DNA of 64,000 nucleotides, from assembly GCA_041663665.1 (NCBI GenBank), contig JBAYMG010000005.1:1354-65353 (forward strand), given 5' to 3'. Positions within the stretch are counted from its first letter, which is position 1. The number at the start of each line of letters is the position of its first letter. Origin of the DNA: Candidatus Omnitrophota bacterium (GTDB lineage: Bacteria; Omnitrophota; Gorgyraeia; Gygaellales; Profunditerraquicolaceae). The position numbers and the translations under genes were made by a program. This document shows positions 19,642 to 28,806 of this stretch, in pieces. The notes beneath the pieces are model-generated. The model saw only the letters and a list, made by a program, of their open reading frames with translations. It did no database searches and was not told where the DNA came from.

Positions 19642-20382
19642 ATGGTTTTATTTTGGATTATAGCCAGCACATTTTTGGTTAGCCTTATATCCTTAGTGGG
19701 TATTTTTACACTTGCCATAAAGGATAATTTGCTGCATAAGATTATTTTTTGCTTGATCGGTTTTTCTGCCGGTGCGCTTATTGGCAGTGCTTTTCTCTGT
19801 ATCCTTCCGGAAGCACTTCAAAAAACAAGTAGTACAATTGTCTTTTACTATCTAATCTTAGGCATAGTTTTATTTTTTCTGATGGAGAGGTATCTGCATT
19901 GGAGGCATTGCCACGATAAAGATTGTCACATTCATGCTTTTACCTATCTAAATCTTTTTGGGGAGGCTTTTCATAATTTTATTGATGGCATTGCTATTGC
20001 CGCAAGTTTTACTATCTCAATAAAATTAGGAATTGCTACAACCTTAGCGATAATTTTGCACGAAATACCTAAAGAATTGGGGAATTTTGGCGTGCTTATT
20101 TATGGTGGTTTCAGCCGGAAGCGAGCCTTATTTTATAATTTTATTTGCGGCTCAACTGCGATGATCGGGGCAATCGCTGGTTATTTTATTTCTGATTTTG
20201 CGTCTGGTTTTTCCAGTTTTATTATGCCTTTGACTGCCGGAGGGTTTATTTATATTGCCATGTCAGACCTCATTCCGGAGGTGCATAAAGAAAGCAATCA
20301 GAACCGCGCTACGCTGGCATTTATTGCTTTCTTATTTGGTATCCTGTTTATTGCATTCGCGAAGGTTTTCCTACCTGAATAG
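19642..20382 (+). CDS. zupT: ZIP-family zinc transporter ZupT
   Basis: HNFIDGIAIAASF and ILHEIPKELGNFGVL motifs. Confidence 0.8.
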   Translation: MVLFWIIASTFLVSLISLVGIFTLAIKDNLLHKIIFCLIGFSAGALIGSAFLCILPEALQKTSSTIVFYYLILGIVLFFLMERYLHWRHCHDKDCHIHAFTYLNLFGEAFHNFIDGIAIAASFTISIKLGIATTLAIILHEIPKELGNFGVLIYGGFSRKRALFYNFICGSTAMIGAIAGYFISDFASGFSSFIMPLTAGGFIYIAMSDLIPEVHKESNQNRATLAFIAFLFGILFIAFAKVFLPE

Positions 20383-20394
20383 TCAATTATTTTT

Positions 20395-21375
20395 ATGAAA
20401 ATAAAGGCGTTAGCTTTAATCTCTGGAGGCTTGGATAGTCTATTAGCCGCAAAACTTATCCAAAATCAGGGCGTAGAAATAATCGGCCTGCATTTTAAAA
20501 TACCATTCTGCAAATTAAATATAAGGGAAAAATTTTCTGATTTCCGGATGGAGATAATCGAAATTGATTTAGGAAGTGAATTTCTTAAATTAGTTCAAGA
20601 GCCGCGTTATGGGTTTGGATCAAATATGAATCCTTGTATTGATTGTAAAATTTTAATGTTTAGCAAAGCAAGAGAATTAATGCCTGAGTTAGGCGCCAGC
20701 TTTATCGTTACCGGAGAGGTGCTTGGCCAGCGGCCGATGTCCCAAAATAAACAGGCATTAAAGTTAATTAAAGAAAAAAGCGGGCTCGGTGATTTATTGC
20801 TGCGGCCGTTATCTGCACAGTTTTTTCCTCCAAGCTTAGCTGAAAAAGAGGGGTGGGTAGAAAGGGTTAAGCTGCTTAAGCTTAACGGCCGTAGGCGTAA
20901 ACCACAGATGCATTTGGCTGGAGATTTGGGTATTTTAAAGTATTCAACGCCTGCCGGAGGCTGTTTATTGACCGATCCCAGTTTTTCTAAAAGATTAAAA
21001 GAGCTTCTTGCGCATAATGAATTAAACCTGAATAATTTGGAGCTTTTAAAATTAGGCAGGCATTTTCGGATAGGAGAAAAATCCCGCCTTGTTTTGGGAA
21101 GAAACGAAAGTGAAAATAATTTGCTTATGCAGTTAACTGAGCCGGGAGATCACCTATTAAGTCCGCAGAAAAATTTAGCTGGTCCGATCTCCTTGATTAG
21201 GGGGCCGGTTAATCCGGAGATGGTTTCTTTATCGGCACAGATAATCTCCGGTTACACGGATACTATTGGTTTAAAAGAAATAGAAGTGTTCTATAGGCAG
21301 CTGCCGGTATTAAGTGATACTCTTTATAGAGTAACCTGTATGCCTAAAACCAGCTTTACCCACTTATTAATATGA
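20395..21375 (+). CDS. PP-loop ATP pyrophosphatase, MnmA/ThiI-like (sulfurtransferase-type)
   Basis: PP-loop (SGGLDS) and NPCIDCK, similar to the MnmA NPCVRCN catalytic-Cys region. At 326 aa it is distinct from the bona fide mnmA at 40877. Confidence 0.55.
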   Translation: MKIKALALISGGLDSLLAAKLIQNQGVEIIGLHFKIPFCKLNIREKFSDFRMEIIEIDLGSEFLKLVQEPRYGFGSNMNPCIDCKILMFSKARELMPELGASFIVTGEVLGQRPMSQNKQALKLIKEKSGLGDLLLRPLSAQFFPPSLAEKEGWVERVKLLKLNGRRRKPQMHLAGDLGILKYSTPAGGCLLTDPSFSKRLKELLAHNELNLNNLELLKLGRHFRIGEKSRLVLGRNESENNLLMQLTEPGDHLLSPQKNLAGPISLIRGPVNPEMVSLSAQIISGYTDTIGLKEIEVFYRQLPVLSDTLYRVTCMPKTSFTHLLI

Positions 21376-22388
21376 AAGAAGCTCAGCTGTATGTTCAATT
21401 AGAAGATCGGAAGGTAGGTTGTCAGCTTTGTGCGCATAATTGTAAAATTAAGGATGGTGCATTTGGTTTTTGTGGTGTAAGGCAGAATATTGACGGTATT
21501 CTCTATACGCTTAATTATGGCAAGTTGGTGGCAGCGAATGTAGATCCAGTTGAGAAAAAACCGTTGTATCACTTTTTCCCTGGATCGAGAGCCTTTTCTA
21601 TTGCCTCTGCTGGATGTAACTTCCGTTGCGGTTTTTGCCAGAACTGGCAGATTTCTCAGATTAATTATATCAATCAAAGTCCGGGGGAGTATTCTAGTGC
21701 GGATGATATTGTTGAATTGGCTAAGCAAAATAACTGTAAAGCAATAGCTTATACTTATACCGAGCCGACTATTTACTTCGAATTTGCTTTAGAAATAATG
21801 AAATTGGCCAAAGAGTCCGGTTTGTGCAATATATTTGTTACCAATGGTTATATGACCCGGGAAGCTGTTTTTTTACTTAAGCCATATTTAGGCGCGGCTA
21901 ATATTGATTTAAAGTTTTTTAAGGAAAGTTCTTATCAGAAAATATGTTCGGCTAAACTTCAGCCTGTTCTTGATTCCATTCGATTATTGTATGAATCCGG
22001 GGTTTGGGTTGAGGTTACTACTTTAGTGGTCCCCGGAGAGAACGATACGGAAGAGGAATTAATGGGGATTGCCAGGTTCATTGCTAGTGTTAACCGGGAT
22101 ATTCCATGGCATATTTCTTGTTTTCATCCGGATTATAAGTTTAGTTCTTACCTGGCTACCCCGGAGCGTACCTTAAGATCTGCTTATGAGTTAGGCAAGG
22201 CCCAAGGGTTGCATTATGTCTATGCCGGTAATTTCCGCGGTTGGGGGCAGGATACCTTTTGCACTTCCTGCCGGAAGGTCCTTATTAAAAGAGAGGGGTT
22301 TGATATTATAGAATCCCATCTTTCTGGAAATAAGTGTTTATTTTGCCAGGCAAGCCTCCCGGGGGTCTATAGCCCTAGGTTAATTTAG
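21372..22388 (+). CDS. Radical SAM enzyme, PFL-activase-related (AmmeMemoRadiSam-type)
   Basis: CNFRCGFCQNW (CX3CX2C) plus an N-terminal VGCQLCAHNCKI...GFCGVRQN cluster typical of that family. Confidence 0.7.
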   Translation: MKEAQLYVQLEDRKVGCQLCAHNCKIKDGAFGFCGVRQNIDGILYTLNYGKLVAANVDPVEKKPLYHFFPGSRAFSIASAGCNFRCGFCQNWQISQINYINQSPGEYSSADDIVELAKQNNCKAIAYTYTEPTIYFEFALEIMKLAKESGLCNIFVTNGYMTREAVFLLKPYLGAANIDLKFFKESSYQKICSAKLQPVLDSIRLLYESGVWVEVTTLVVPGENDTEEELMGIARFIASVNRDIPWHISCFHPDYKFSSYLATPERTLRSAYELGKAQGLHYVYAGNFRGWGQDTFCTSCRKVLIKREGFDIIESHLSGNKCLFCQASLPGVYSPRLI

Positions 22389-22487
22389 AGTTGACAGGTT
22401 TTAAGGTTAGGGTTAAAATAACAATAAGTAGTTAAAGTTTGCCTACCCCTTTTAACGCGATAGGGGTATATTTTTTAAGGATCTTAT

Positions 22488-23162
22488 ATGAAAGAAAAGA
22501 GTATTCAGCTGGATCCCAAAAAATGTATTGTTTTTTTTGATTTTGACAATACTATCGCCACTTGTGATGTTTTTGATAATATGCTTTTACTTTTTTCCAA
22601 AGATGACCGTTGGGTAGAGTTGGAAAAGAGATGGAAGAGTGGGAGAATCGGCTCAAAGACTTGCCTGGAAGGTCAGCTTCGGGGTATGGATTTAACTAAA
22701 AAATCCCTGGATGCCTATTTGCCTAAAATAAAACTAGATCCTTACTTCAAGCAGATTTATAAGCTCTTGCAGGCTAAAAAAGTTAAGACGATTATCTTAA
22801 GTGATAATTATGACTATGTGCTTAATCGCGTTTTAAAGATTAATGGGATCAATAAGTTAAAAGTTTATGCTAATAAGTTAATTTTCTCTAAAGGTAAGGT
22901 ACTTACGGAGTATCCCTTTAAAGATAAAGATTGTCAGATTTGCGCGCATTGTAAGACGAAAAATCTTTTGGTAAATTCTTTGAAAGATTACACAGTAATT
23001 TATGTTGGTGATGGTGAATCGGATGTCTGCCCGGCGAAATATGCGCATGTTGTGTTTGCCAAAGATCATCTGCTCAGGCATCTTAAGGATAGTAAGTTGG
23101 ATTATATGGCTTTTCATAATTTAAAAGACGTTTTTATCTATTTAAAGAGGAAATTAATATGA
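22488..23162 (+). CDS. HAD-IB family phosphatase (MtnX/PSP-like)
   Basis: DFDNTI motif I and a GDGESD motif. Confidence 0.5.
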   Translation: MKEKSIQLDPKKCIVFFDFDNTIATCDVFDNMLLLFSKDDRWVELEKRWKSGRIGSKTCLEGQLRGMDLTKKSLDAYLPKIKLDPYFKQIYKLLQAKKVKTIILSDNYDYVLNRVLKINGINKLKVYANKLIFSKGKVLTEYPFKDKDCQICAHCKTKNLLVNSLKDYTVIYVGDGESDVCPAKYAHVVFAKDHLLRHLKDSKLDYMAFHNLKDVFIYLKRKLI

Positions 23163-24571
23163 GCTCAAAGCAATTAACTAAAACTTCAAAAGGTAAGAAA
23201 AATTTTTCTCACGATGAACTACTGGAGTTAGAAGCAAAATATTGTTCCTGGGGGGACACGGTACACTATGCCGAGAAACTGAATATATTTAAGAGCGCAG
23301 AAGGAAGTTATCTTTATGACCGCAAAGGCGTGGAGTATTTAGATTTACAGATGTGGTATTCGGCAGTTAATTTTGGTTATAAAAATAAGCGTTTAAATGA
23401 TGCACTAAAAAATCAAATTGATACCTTGCCGCAGTTGGCCTGTCAATATCTCCATGAAGAAAAAATTCAATTGTCGGCAAAACTCGCACAGAAAAATCAG
23501 CGGACCTTTGAAGAAAAGGGGAGAATCCATTTTAATGTTGGTGGCTCAAGCGCTCTTGAAGATTCATTGAAATTAGTACGGAACAATACCGGGAGAAGCC
23601 TGGTTTTTGCTTTTATGGGCGGGTATCACGGCCGGACGTTAGCTGCCTCAGCAATTACCTCGAGCTTTAGATATCGTGAGCGTTTCGGCCATTTTGGTGA
23701 CCGGGCGATGTTTGTGCCTTATCCGTATTGTTTTAGATGCCCCTATGATAAGAAGAGGGATTTTTGTGATTTATATTGCTTGAAGCAGTTTGAGCGTCTT
23801 TTTGAAACTGAATATTACTCAGTAGTGAATAAGAAAAATAATAAATGTGAATTTGCCGCTTTCTACGCTGAAGCAATTCAGGGAACCGGAGGCTATATTG
23901 TCCCTCCGCAGGAATATTATTCAAGGTTAAAAGATATTTTGGATCAGTATGGCATTCTTTTTGTTGATGATGAAATCCAGATGGGATTCTTCCGTACTGG
24001 TAAATTCTGGGCGATTGAGCATTTTAATGTTACCCCGGATATTATTGTTTTTGGTAAGGCTTTAACTAATGGGTTAAATCCTATAAGCGGAGTTTGGGCA
24101 AAAGAGAAGTTAATTTCTCCGGATGTTTTTCCCCCGGGTTCAACTCATGCTACCTTCTCTAGTAATCCTTTGGGCACTGCCGCAGGCCTTGAAGTGATGA
24201 AGCTAATTGAGGAATCAGATTTTGCGATATCTGTCCCTAAGAAAGGCCAATATTTTGTTTCCCAGCTTAAGAAATTGCAGAAGAAGTATCCGCAAATTGG
24301 CGATGTTGATGGCCTTGGCCTTGCCTTGAGAATAGAAATATGCGAAAAAGACGGGTATACTCCGAATAAAGAACTTACGGATAAGATTGTTAATTTAGGC
24401 TTAAGCGGTTCCTTAAACGTCGCCGGAAAACGTCGCGGGTTGATTTTGGATGTCGGAGGGTATTATAAAAACGTCTTTACTATTGCCCCTTCTTTTTATA
24501 TTACTGAAGAAGAAATTGATTTAGGCGTGAATCTTTTTGAGGAAGCGCTAAATAGGGCACTAAAGAAATAA
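23159..24571 (+). CDS. Class III (omega) PLP-dependent aminotransferase
   Basis: DEIQMGFFRTGKFWAIEHF and FGKALTNG (PLP-Lys) motifs. Confidence 0.7.
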   Translation: MSSKQLTKTSKGKKNFSHDELLELEAKYCSWGDTVHYAEKLNIFKSAEGSYLYDRKGVEYLDLQMWYSAVNFGYKNKRLNDALKNQIDTLPQLACQYLHEEKIQLSAKLAQKNQRTFEEKGRIHFNVGGSSALEDSLKLVRNNTGRSLVFAFMGGYHGRTLAASAITSSFRYRERFGHFGDRAMFVPYPYCFRCPYDKKRDFCDLYCLKQFERLFETEYYSVVNKKNNKCEFAAFYAEAIQGTGGYIVPPQEYYSRLKDILDQYGILFVDDEIQMGFFRTGKFWAIEHFNVTPDIIVFGKALTNGLNPISGVWAKEKLISPDVFPPGSTHATFSSNPLGTAAGLEVMKLIEESDFAISVPKKGQYFVSQLKKLQKKYPQIGDVDGLGLALRIEICEKDGYTPNKELTDKIVNLGLSGSLNVAGKRRGLILDVGGYYKNVFTIAPSFYITEEEIDLGVNLFEEALNRALKK

Positions 24572-24645
24572 TTAAATTTCTCAATCTGCGAACTTAATAC
24601 TTTAGAATTAGATTTAATTGTTTAGGTGTGCCAGAAGCCCGTTTT

Positions 24646-25509
24646 TTAACTTTGATACTTTTTAAAAAACTCTACAGTCATTTCTGCAACTTTATCTCTT
24701 TCTTGATCTGCGGTAATAATGTGGTAGGAATTTTCTAAAAAGATAATCTCTTTATCTTTAGAGCTGATGTGATTATAGATATAGCAAGAGTTTTTGGGGC
24801 TAGTTACATCATCTTCTCTGGCTTGCATTAACTGTATAGGTGTTTTTATTTCTTTAAGTATTGAGATCACTTTTTTAGCTAATAATTCATTTTGCTGCAT
24901 GTTTGATACCGGGATTACCGGATAGCCATAAAGATGAACTTTGCTGTAATCAAAAAGTTCAGCAGTTTTATAGAAGCTTCCTATTTTTGCCCTCAGGCGT
25001 TCATTTTTAATCCCATAGGGATACCCTTCCTTAAAATACAGCCAATCTTTTAGCGGAGTTTTGTAGATCAGAGGAAGAAGAACCCTGGATTTGGGATTGC
25101 TCCAGCCATCGAAAAATAAGGTAGGAGAGAAACAATTTAGTGCCTTTATTTTGTCAGGAAATTCACGTGCCAGCAGGATACTGATCAGTGAGCCGAAAGA
25201 TAGTCCGGCCACAAAAATATTTTCATAACTGCTTGAGTATTTAATAAATTCATCGCGTATAGAATTGTAAATTTGCTTCCAGGATGTTCTTTTAAGGCAG
25301 GATATAGATTTGTCATGATTTAACAATAAGGGGGCGGCTACAGAATATCCCTGTTTATTTAATCGTTTGGCAATTGAGCTCATCTCTTTGGCAGTACCGG
25401 TAAGCCCGTGAATTAAAAAACAGAGATTTTTGTCTCCGGGTAAAAAAAAGCTGGTATTAGGTATTTCAGTAATTAAACGCTTATCTTCTTTTAATGAGAA
25501 TATTATCAT
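24646..25509 (-). CDS. Alpha/beta-hydrolase (esterase/lipase-like)
   Basis: HGLTGTAKEM oxyanion region and a GLSFGS nucleophile elbow. Confidence 0.65.
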   Translation of the reverse strand: MIIFSLKEDKRLITEIPNTSFFLPGDKNLCFLIHGLTGTAKEMSSIAKRLNKQGYSVAAPLLLNHDKSISCLKRTSWKQIYNSIRDEFIKYSSSYENIFVAGLSFGSLISILLAREFPDKIKALNCFSPTLFFDGWSNPKSRVLLPLIYKTPLKDWLYFKEGYPYGIKNERLRAKIGSFYKTAELFDYSKVHLYGYPVIPVSNMQQNELLAKKVISILKEIKTPIQLMQAREDDVTSPKNSCYIYNHISSKDKEIIFLENSYHIITADQERDKVAEMTVEFFKKYQS

Positions 25510-25677
25510 GTTTCCCTTAAGTGATGTTTTTTAGAAAAATGGAAGGAACTTTGTTTATGAGAGCTGGATATGATTTCTTTTCTATTATTTATTTTACTTA
25601 TTTTATGCTAAAATAGCTGCAAATGCAAGCACTCTCGATGTTTTAGATTAGCCGTAAACTATTAGAGAATAAAATAT

Positions 25678-26094
25678 ATGTTTAAAAAGAAAGTTACGCT
25701 TAAAGTATTTTTACTGCTTATTGCCAGTGATGTCCTTGAGACCGTAATTCAGTTCTTTTTTAAGAAAAGTGCTTTGACCCAAAGCAACTTTGCCGTAGTT
25801 AATTTGGCTACTGCTCTGGGGTTCCTTAAGGCAGTTTTTGCTTCGCCATTTTTGTGGGCAGGATTGTTTACTGTGGCGGTTGTCTTTATTATTTGGTCTT
25901 TAATCCTTTCTAAAATAGACTTAAGCGTTGCTGTACCGATTGCCAGCTTTAGTTATATTTTTGTCCCTTTAGTTTCGATTATCTTCTTAGGCGAGAAGAT
26001 TACTATTCTAAGATGGGCTGGAATATTGTTTGTCCTTGTCGGGGTTGTTCTGGTTTCTTTGAGCAGCAAAGAAAGGACTGTACAGGTAGAATGA
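25678..26094 (+). CDS. 4-TM EamA-like/DMT half-transporter (ArnE-like)
   Basis: 138 aa and four hydrophobic helices. It overlaps the next gene as ATGA. Confidence 0.55.
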   Translation: MFKKKVTLKVFLLLIASDVLETVIQFFFKKSALTQSNFAVVNLATALGFLKAVFASPFLWAGLFTVAVVFIIWSLILSKIDLSVAVPIASFSYIFVPLVSIIFLGEKITILRWAGILFVLVGVVLVSLSSKERTVQVE

Positions 26095-26474
26095 GAGAAG
26101 GCCTGTTGTTAATTCTTATTTTGATTGCTTTGACCAGTTTGTGCGACACTGTCAATCAGTTATTTTTAAAATCAGCAATTAACTCTTTGAATTTTACGCC
26201 CACTCTGGATGTCGTAAAAATTTTTAAGTTTATTTCTGCACTGCTAGTTAAGCCCCGGCTTTGGTTAGGCCTTGTTTTTAGTTTAGTATCTTTATCTATT
26301 TGGCTGCTGGTGCTTTCGAAGGTGGACCTAAATTTTGCTTTTTCTGCTGACAGCATGCATTATATTTTTATTGCTTTAGCATCAAAATTGATTTTAAAAG
26401 AAAAATTCGGTTCTCTGCGTTGGGTGGGTACTGGTTTAATTGTTTTTGGAATAGTTATTGTTAGTTTAAGTTAA
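26091..26474 (+). CDS. 4-TM EamA-like/DMT half-transporter (ArnF-like); start refined to the ATG at 26091
   Basis: Paralogous to the previous gene, with ATGA stop/start coupling. Confidence 0.5.
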   Translation: MREGLLLILILIALTSLCDTVNQLFLKSAINSLNFTPTLDVVKIFKFISALLVKPRLWLGLVFSLVSLSIWLLVLSKVDLNFAFSADSMHYIFIALASKLILKEKFGSLRWVGTGLIVFGIVIVSLS

Positions 26475-26477
26475 AAT

Positions 26478-27746
26478 ATGAGCCCTAAAATAATATCTTT
26501 AACCATTTTTTTGCTTGCCTACATATTCTTTATTCTCTTGCCACATAGGCGTACGGTTGTAGCTTTAATCGGCAGCTTGCTGCTTATTTTAACCCAGGCG
26601 GTATCCTTAAAAGAAGCATTTTTTGCAGTTAATTGGAACGTTATGGGTATTTTTGTCGGTACTTTGATTATTGCTGATGTTTTCATGGAAAGCCGCGTTC
26701 CGGCTTATGTTGCTGAGATAATTGTTGATCGGGCTAAAAATACGGCTTGGGCGATTTTATTTATTTGTCTTTTAACCGGGTTTATTTCTGCTTTTGTAGA
26801 GAATGTGGCTACGGTATTGATTGTTGCTCCGATTGCTTTAGCTTTAGCTAAGAAACTTAAAATAAATCCCACTAGGATGATGATTGCTATTGCTATTTCA
26901 AGCAATATACAGGGTACAGCTACTTTAATTGGGGATCCTCCAAGCATGCTTCTCGGTGGGTTTGCTAAAATGAACTTTGGAGACTTCTTTTTTTATCAAG
27001 GACGGCCGAGCATATTTTTTGCAGTAGAACTTGGTGCTTTTTTCTCCTTTTTTGTACTCTATTTTATATTTAAGCAGAATAAAGAAAAAGCGCAGCTTGT
27101 GGCGGTCGAGAAAGTGAAGAGTTGGGTGCCGACAGTTTTGTTAGTCAGTTTGATTGTTTTATTGGCGTTGTCCTCATTTTTTGATACTGAGTTTAGCTTT
27201 ATGGCTGGAATAATTTGTATGGTTTTCGGTATAGTTGCTTTGTTTTGGGAAAAATTTATAAATAAAGTTTCAATTATTTCCGGGATGAAGAAGTTGGACT
27301 GGGATACTACTTTTTTCCTTTTAGGAATTTTTATTATTGTCGGAGGGATTTCGCTTACCGGCTGGATTGGCGTGCTGGCCGATTATTTAGCTAGTTTAGT
27401 TGGGTCAAATATATTCTTAGGGTTTACGGCGATAGTGTTCCTATCTGTAATTTTATCCGCGTTTATTGATAACGTTCCTTTCTTAGCAGCGATGCTTCCG
27501 GTAGCTATAATTATGGCAAATAAACTGCAAATCAATCCTTCTTTGTTTCTTTTTGGTTTGCTTATTGGCGCAAGCTTAGGCGGTAACATTACTCCTATTG
27601 GGGCTTCAGCTAACATTGTCGCCTGTGGTTTGCTTAAAAAAGAAGGGCATCCGGTTAAGTTTGGCGAATTTATGAAGATTGGTGTTCCCTTTACCTTAGT
27701 TGCGGTTATTGCTGCTTATTTATTTATCTGGTTTGTTTGGAGTTAG
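26478..27746 (+). CDS. ArsB/NhaD-superfamily anion permease
   Basis: 422 aa and polytopic. The pattern (VENVATVLIVAPIALALAKKL...GDPPSML) is typical of this family. Confidence 0.6.
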   Translation: MSPKIISLTIFLLAYIFFILLPHRRTVVALIGSLLLILTQAVSLKEAFFAVNWNVMGIFVGTLIIADVFMESRVPAYVAEIIVDRAKNTAWAILFICLLTGFISAFVENVATVLIVAPIALALAKKLKINPTRMMIAIAISSNIQGTATLIGDPPSMLLGGFAKMNFGDFFFYQGRPSIFFAVELGAFFSFFVLYFIFKQNKEKAQLVAVEKVKSWVPTVLLVSLIVLLALSSFFDTEFSFMAGIICMVFGIVALFWEKFINKVSIISGMKKLDWDTTFFLLGIFIIVGGISLTGWIGVLADYLASLVGSNIFLGFTAIVFLSVILSAFIDNVPFLAAMLPVAIIMANKLQINPSLFLFGLLIGASLGGNITPIGASANIVACGLLKKEGHPVKFGEFMKIGVPFTLVAVIAAYLFIWFVWS

Positions 27747-27998
27747 CTATGCCTGATAACCCTGTTTGTTGCCGGAAAACATAAAGGGTTGTGAGGGAAT
27801 AGATTATTTTTAGTTACAGTTTTTACTCTTGTTTTAGTGCTGTTTTCGTATTTTTTTCCTGCGTTAATAACTTTCCGTAAAGTCTTATTTCAATATTTTA
27901 AATCAATCTGGGTTGCAGTAACTTTAGGTTTTTAATGAGTGCCTGCAGCCCTGGGTATATTTTTAACTTATTTATAAGATAGAAATTCCGCGAAAGAT

Positions 27999-28190
27999 GA
28001 TTTTCGCTAGACAAAAGCTTAAGGTGCCTATCCTGCCTCACTATGTTCGACAGGATTTCGCTAGACAAAAGCTTAAGGTGTCTATCCTGCCTCACTATGT
28101 TCGACAGGATTTCGCTAGACAAAAGCTTAAGGTGTCTATCCTGCCTCACTATGTTCGACAGGATTTCGCTAGACAAAAGCTTAAGGTGCT
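27999..28190. repeat. Tandem direct repeat array, 54-bp unit, about 3.5 copies (first unit 55 bp)
   Basis: ATTTCGCTAGACAAAAGCTTAAGGTG(C/T)CTATCCTGCCTCACTATGTTCGACAGG repeats at 27999, 28055, 28109 and 28163 (the last partial). The only variation is one SNP and one extra T in unit 1. Confidence 0.95.
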
Positions 28191-28199
28191 TAATTTTAC

Positions 28200-28234
28200 T
28201 TGACAAATGATACTTATATGGTATCATTAATGAT
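28200..28234 (+). promoter_or_regulatory. Promoter TTGACA-16-TATCAT overlapped by the operator-like palindromes ATGATAC-N7-GTATCAT and ATCATTAATGAT
   Basis: TTGACA is at 28200-28205. The inverted repeat spans 28207-28227 and overlaps -10, and a 12-bp perfect palindrome lies at 28223-28234. Confidence 0.55.
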
Positions 28235-28255
28235 GTATGAAGGAGGTGATTAGAT

Positions 28256-28333
28256 ATGGAAGTAACGATTAAGTATATGCTTAGGCCGGTAGCCCACTGT
28301 AAAGAAGGCTGCAGTAGATTGTCCCGGGCATGA
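28256..28333 (+). CDS. 25-codon ORF with a perfect 10-nt Shine-Dalgarno (leader peptide or small protein)
   Basis: AAGGAGGTGAttagatATG; the peptide is MEVTIKYMLRPVAHCKEGCSRLSRA. Confidence 0.35.
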   Translation: MEVTIKYMLRPVAHCKEGCSRLSRA

Positions 28334-28384
28334 CGATAAACTACCCACCGTTTTTATAAAATATGATTAGGAGAAGAAGTAGTT

Positions 28385-28783
28385 ATGAAATTGATTACCA
28401 GGAATACCGATTATGCGCTGCGCGCAATTTGTTATATTTCCAAACAGAAGGGGATAGTTGCTGTTGATGAGTTGGTCCGCAAGCTTGATGTGCCTGGTCC
28501 GTTTATGCGCAAAATTCTGCAGCAGCTAAGTAAAGAAAAAATTTTAGAATCTTACAAAGGCCAATCTGGAGGTTTTAAATTAAGAGTCTCACCTTTAAAA
28601 ATTTACGTAATTGATATTATGCGTATTTTCCAGGGCCGTTTCAATTTAAGTGAATGTTTTCTGAAAAAAAATATCTGTCCGGATAAGGGCAAATGTGCCT
28701 TGAGTAAGAAAATACACGCTATTGAAGAGAATGTATTTAAGCAACTTAAACAAATCAGTATTGCTTCTTTAACCGCTGGATAA
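28385..28783 (+). CDS. Rrf2-family transcriptional regulator (NsrR/IscR-like, three conserved Cys)
   Basis: wHTH (TRNTDYALRAICYIS) and a C-x6-C-x5-C cluster (ECFLKKNICPDKGKCA). Confidence 0.85.
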   Translation: MKLITRNTDYALRAICYISKQKGIVAVDELVRKLDVPGPFMRKILQQLSKEKILESYKGQSGGFKLRVSPLKIYVIDIMRIFQGRFNLSECFLKKNICPDKGKCALSKKIHAIEENVFKQLKQISIASLTAG

Positions 28784-28806
28784 TCATATGTTTGAAAGGG
28801 GAATTG

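Noticed and set aside
27999-28190. CRISPR array interpretation of the tandem repeats (also 40351-40447 and 54291-54483)
   Set aside because: Whole 54/63-bp units are iterated head-to-tail with no unique spacers between conserved repeats. No cas genes are present and unit lengths are atypical, so these are plain tandem direct repeats.
27999-28190. CsrB/RsmZ-like sRNA hypothesis for the repeats (each unit contains ACAGGAU resembling the CsrA site ACARGGAUG)
   Set aside because: There is only one GGA per 54-63 bp, far sparser than CsrB-type sRNAs (about every 18-25 nt). No clear promoter/terminator pair bounds the arrays as an sRNA gene, and no csrA is in the window. Kept only as a low-probability alternative.
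27898-28227. ORFs in the track that run through the repeat arrays (27898-28227 minus, 27997-28203 plus, 54259-54525 plus), encoding 18- and 21-aa peptide repeats
   Set aside because: They are open only because unit lengths (54, 63) are multiples of 3. They have no SD (the minus-strand start is preceded by CCTCC). The 54259 ORF has no ATG and begins inside the upstream gene in another frame. Treated as non-coding, though an in-frame period could in principle be tested by ribosome profiling.
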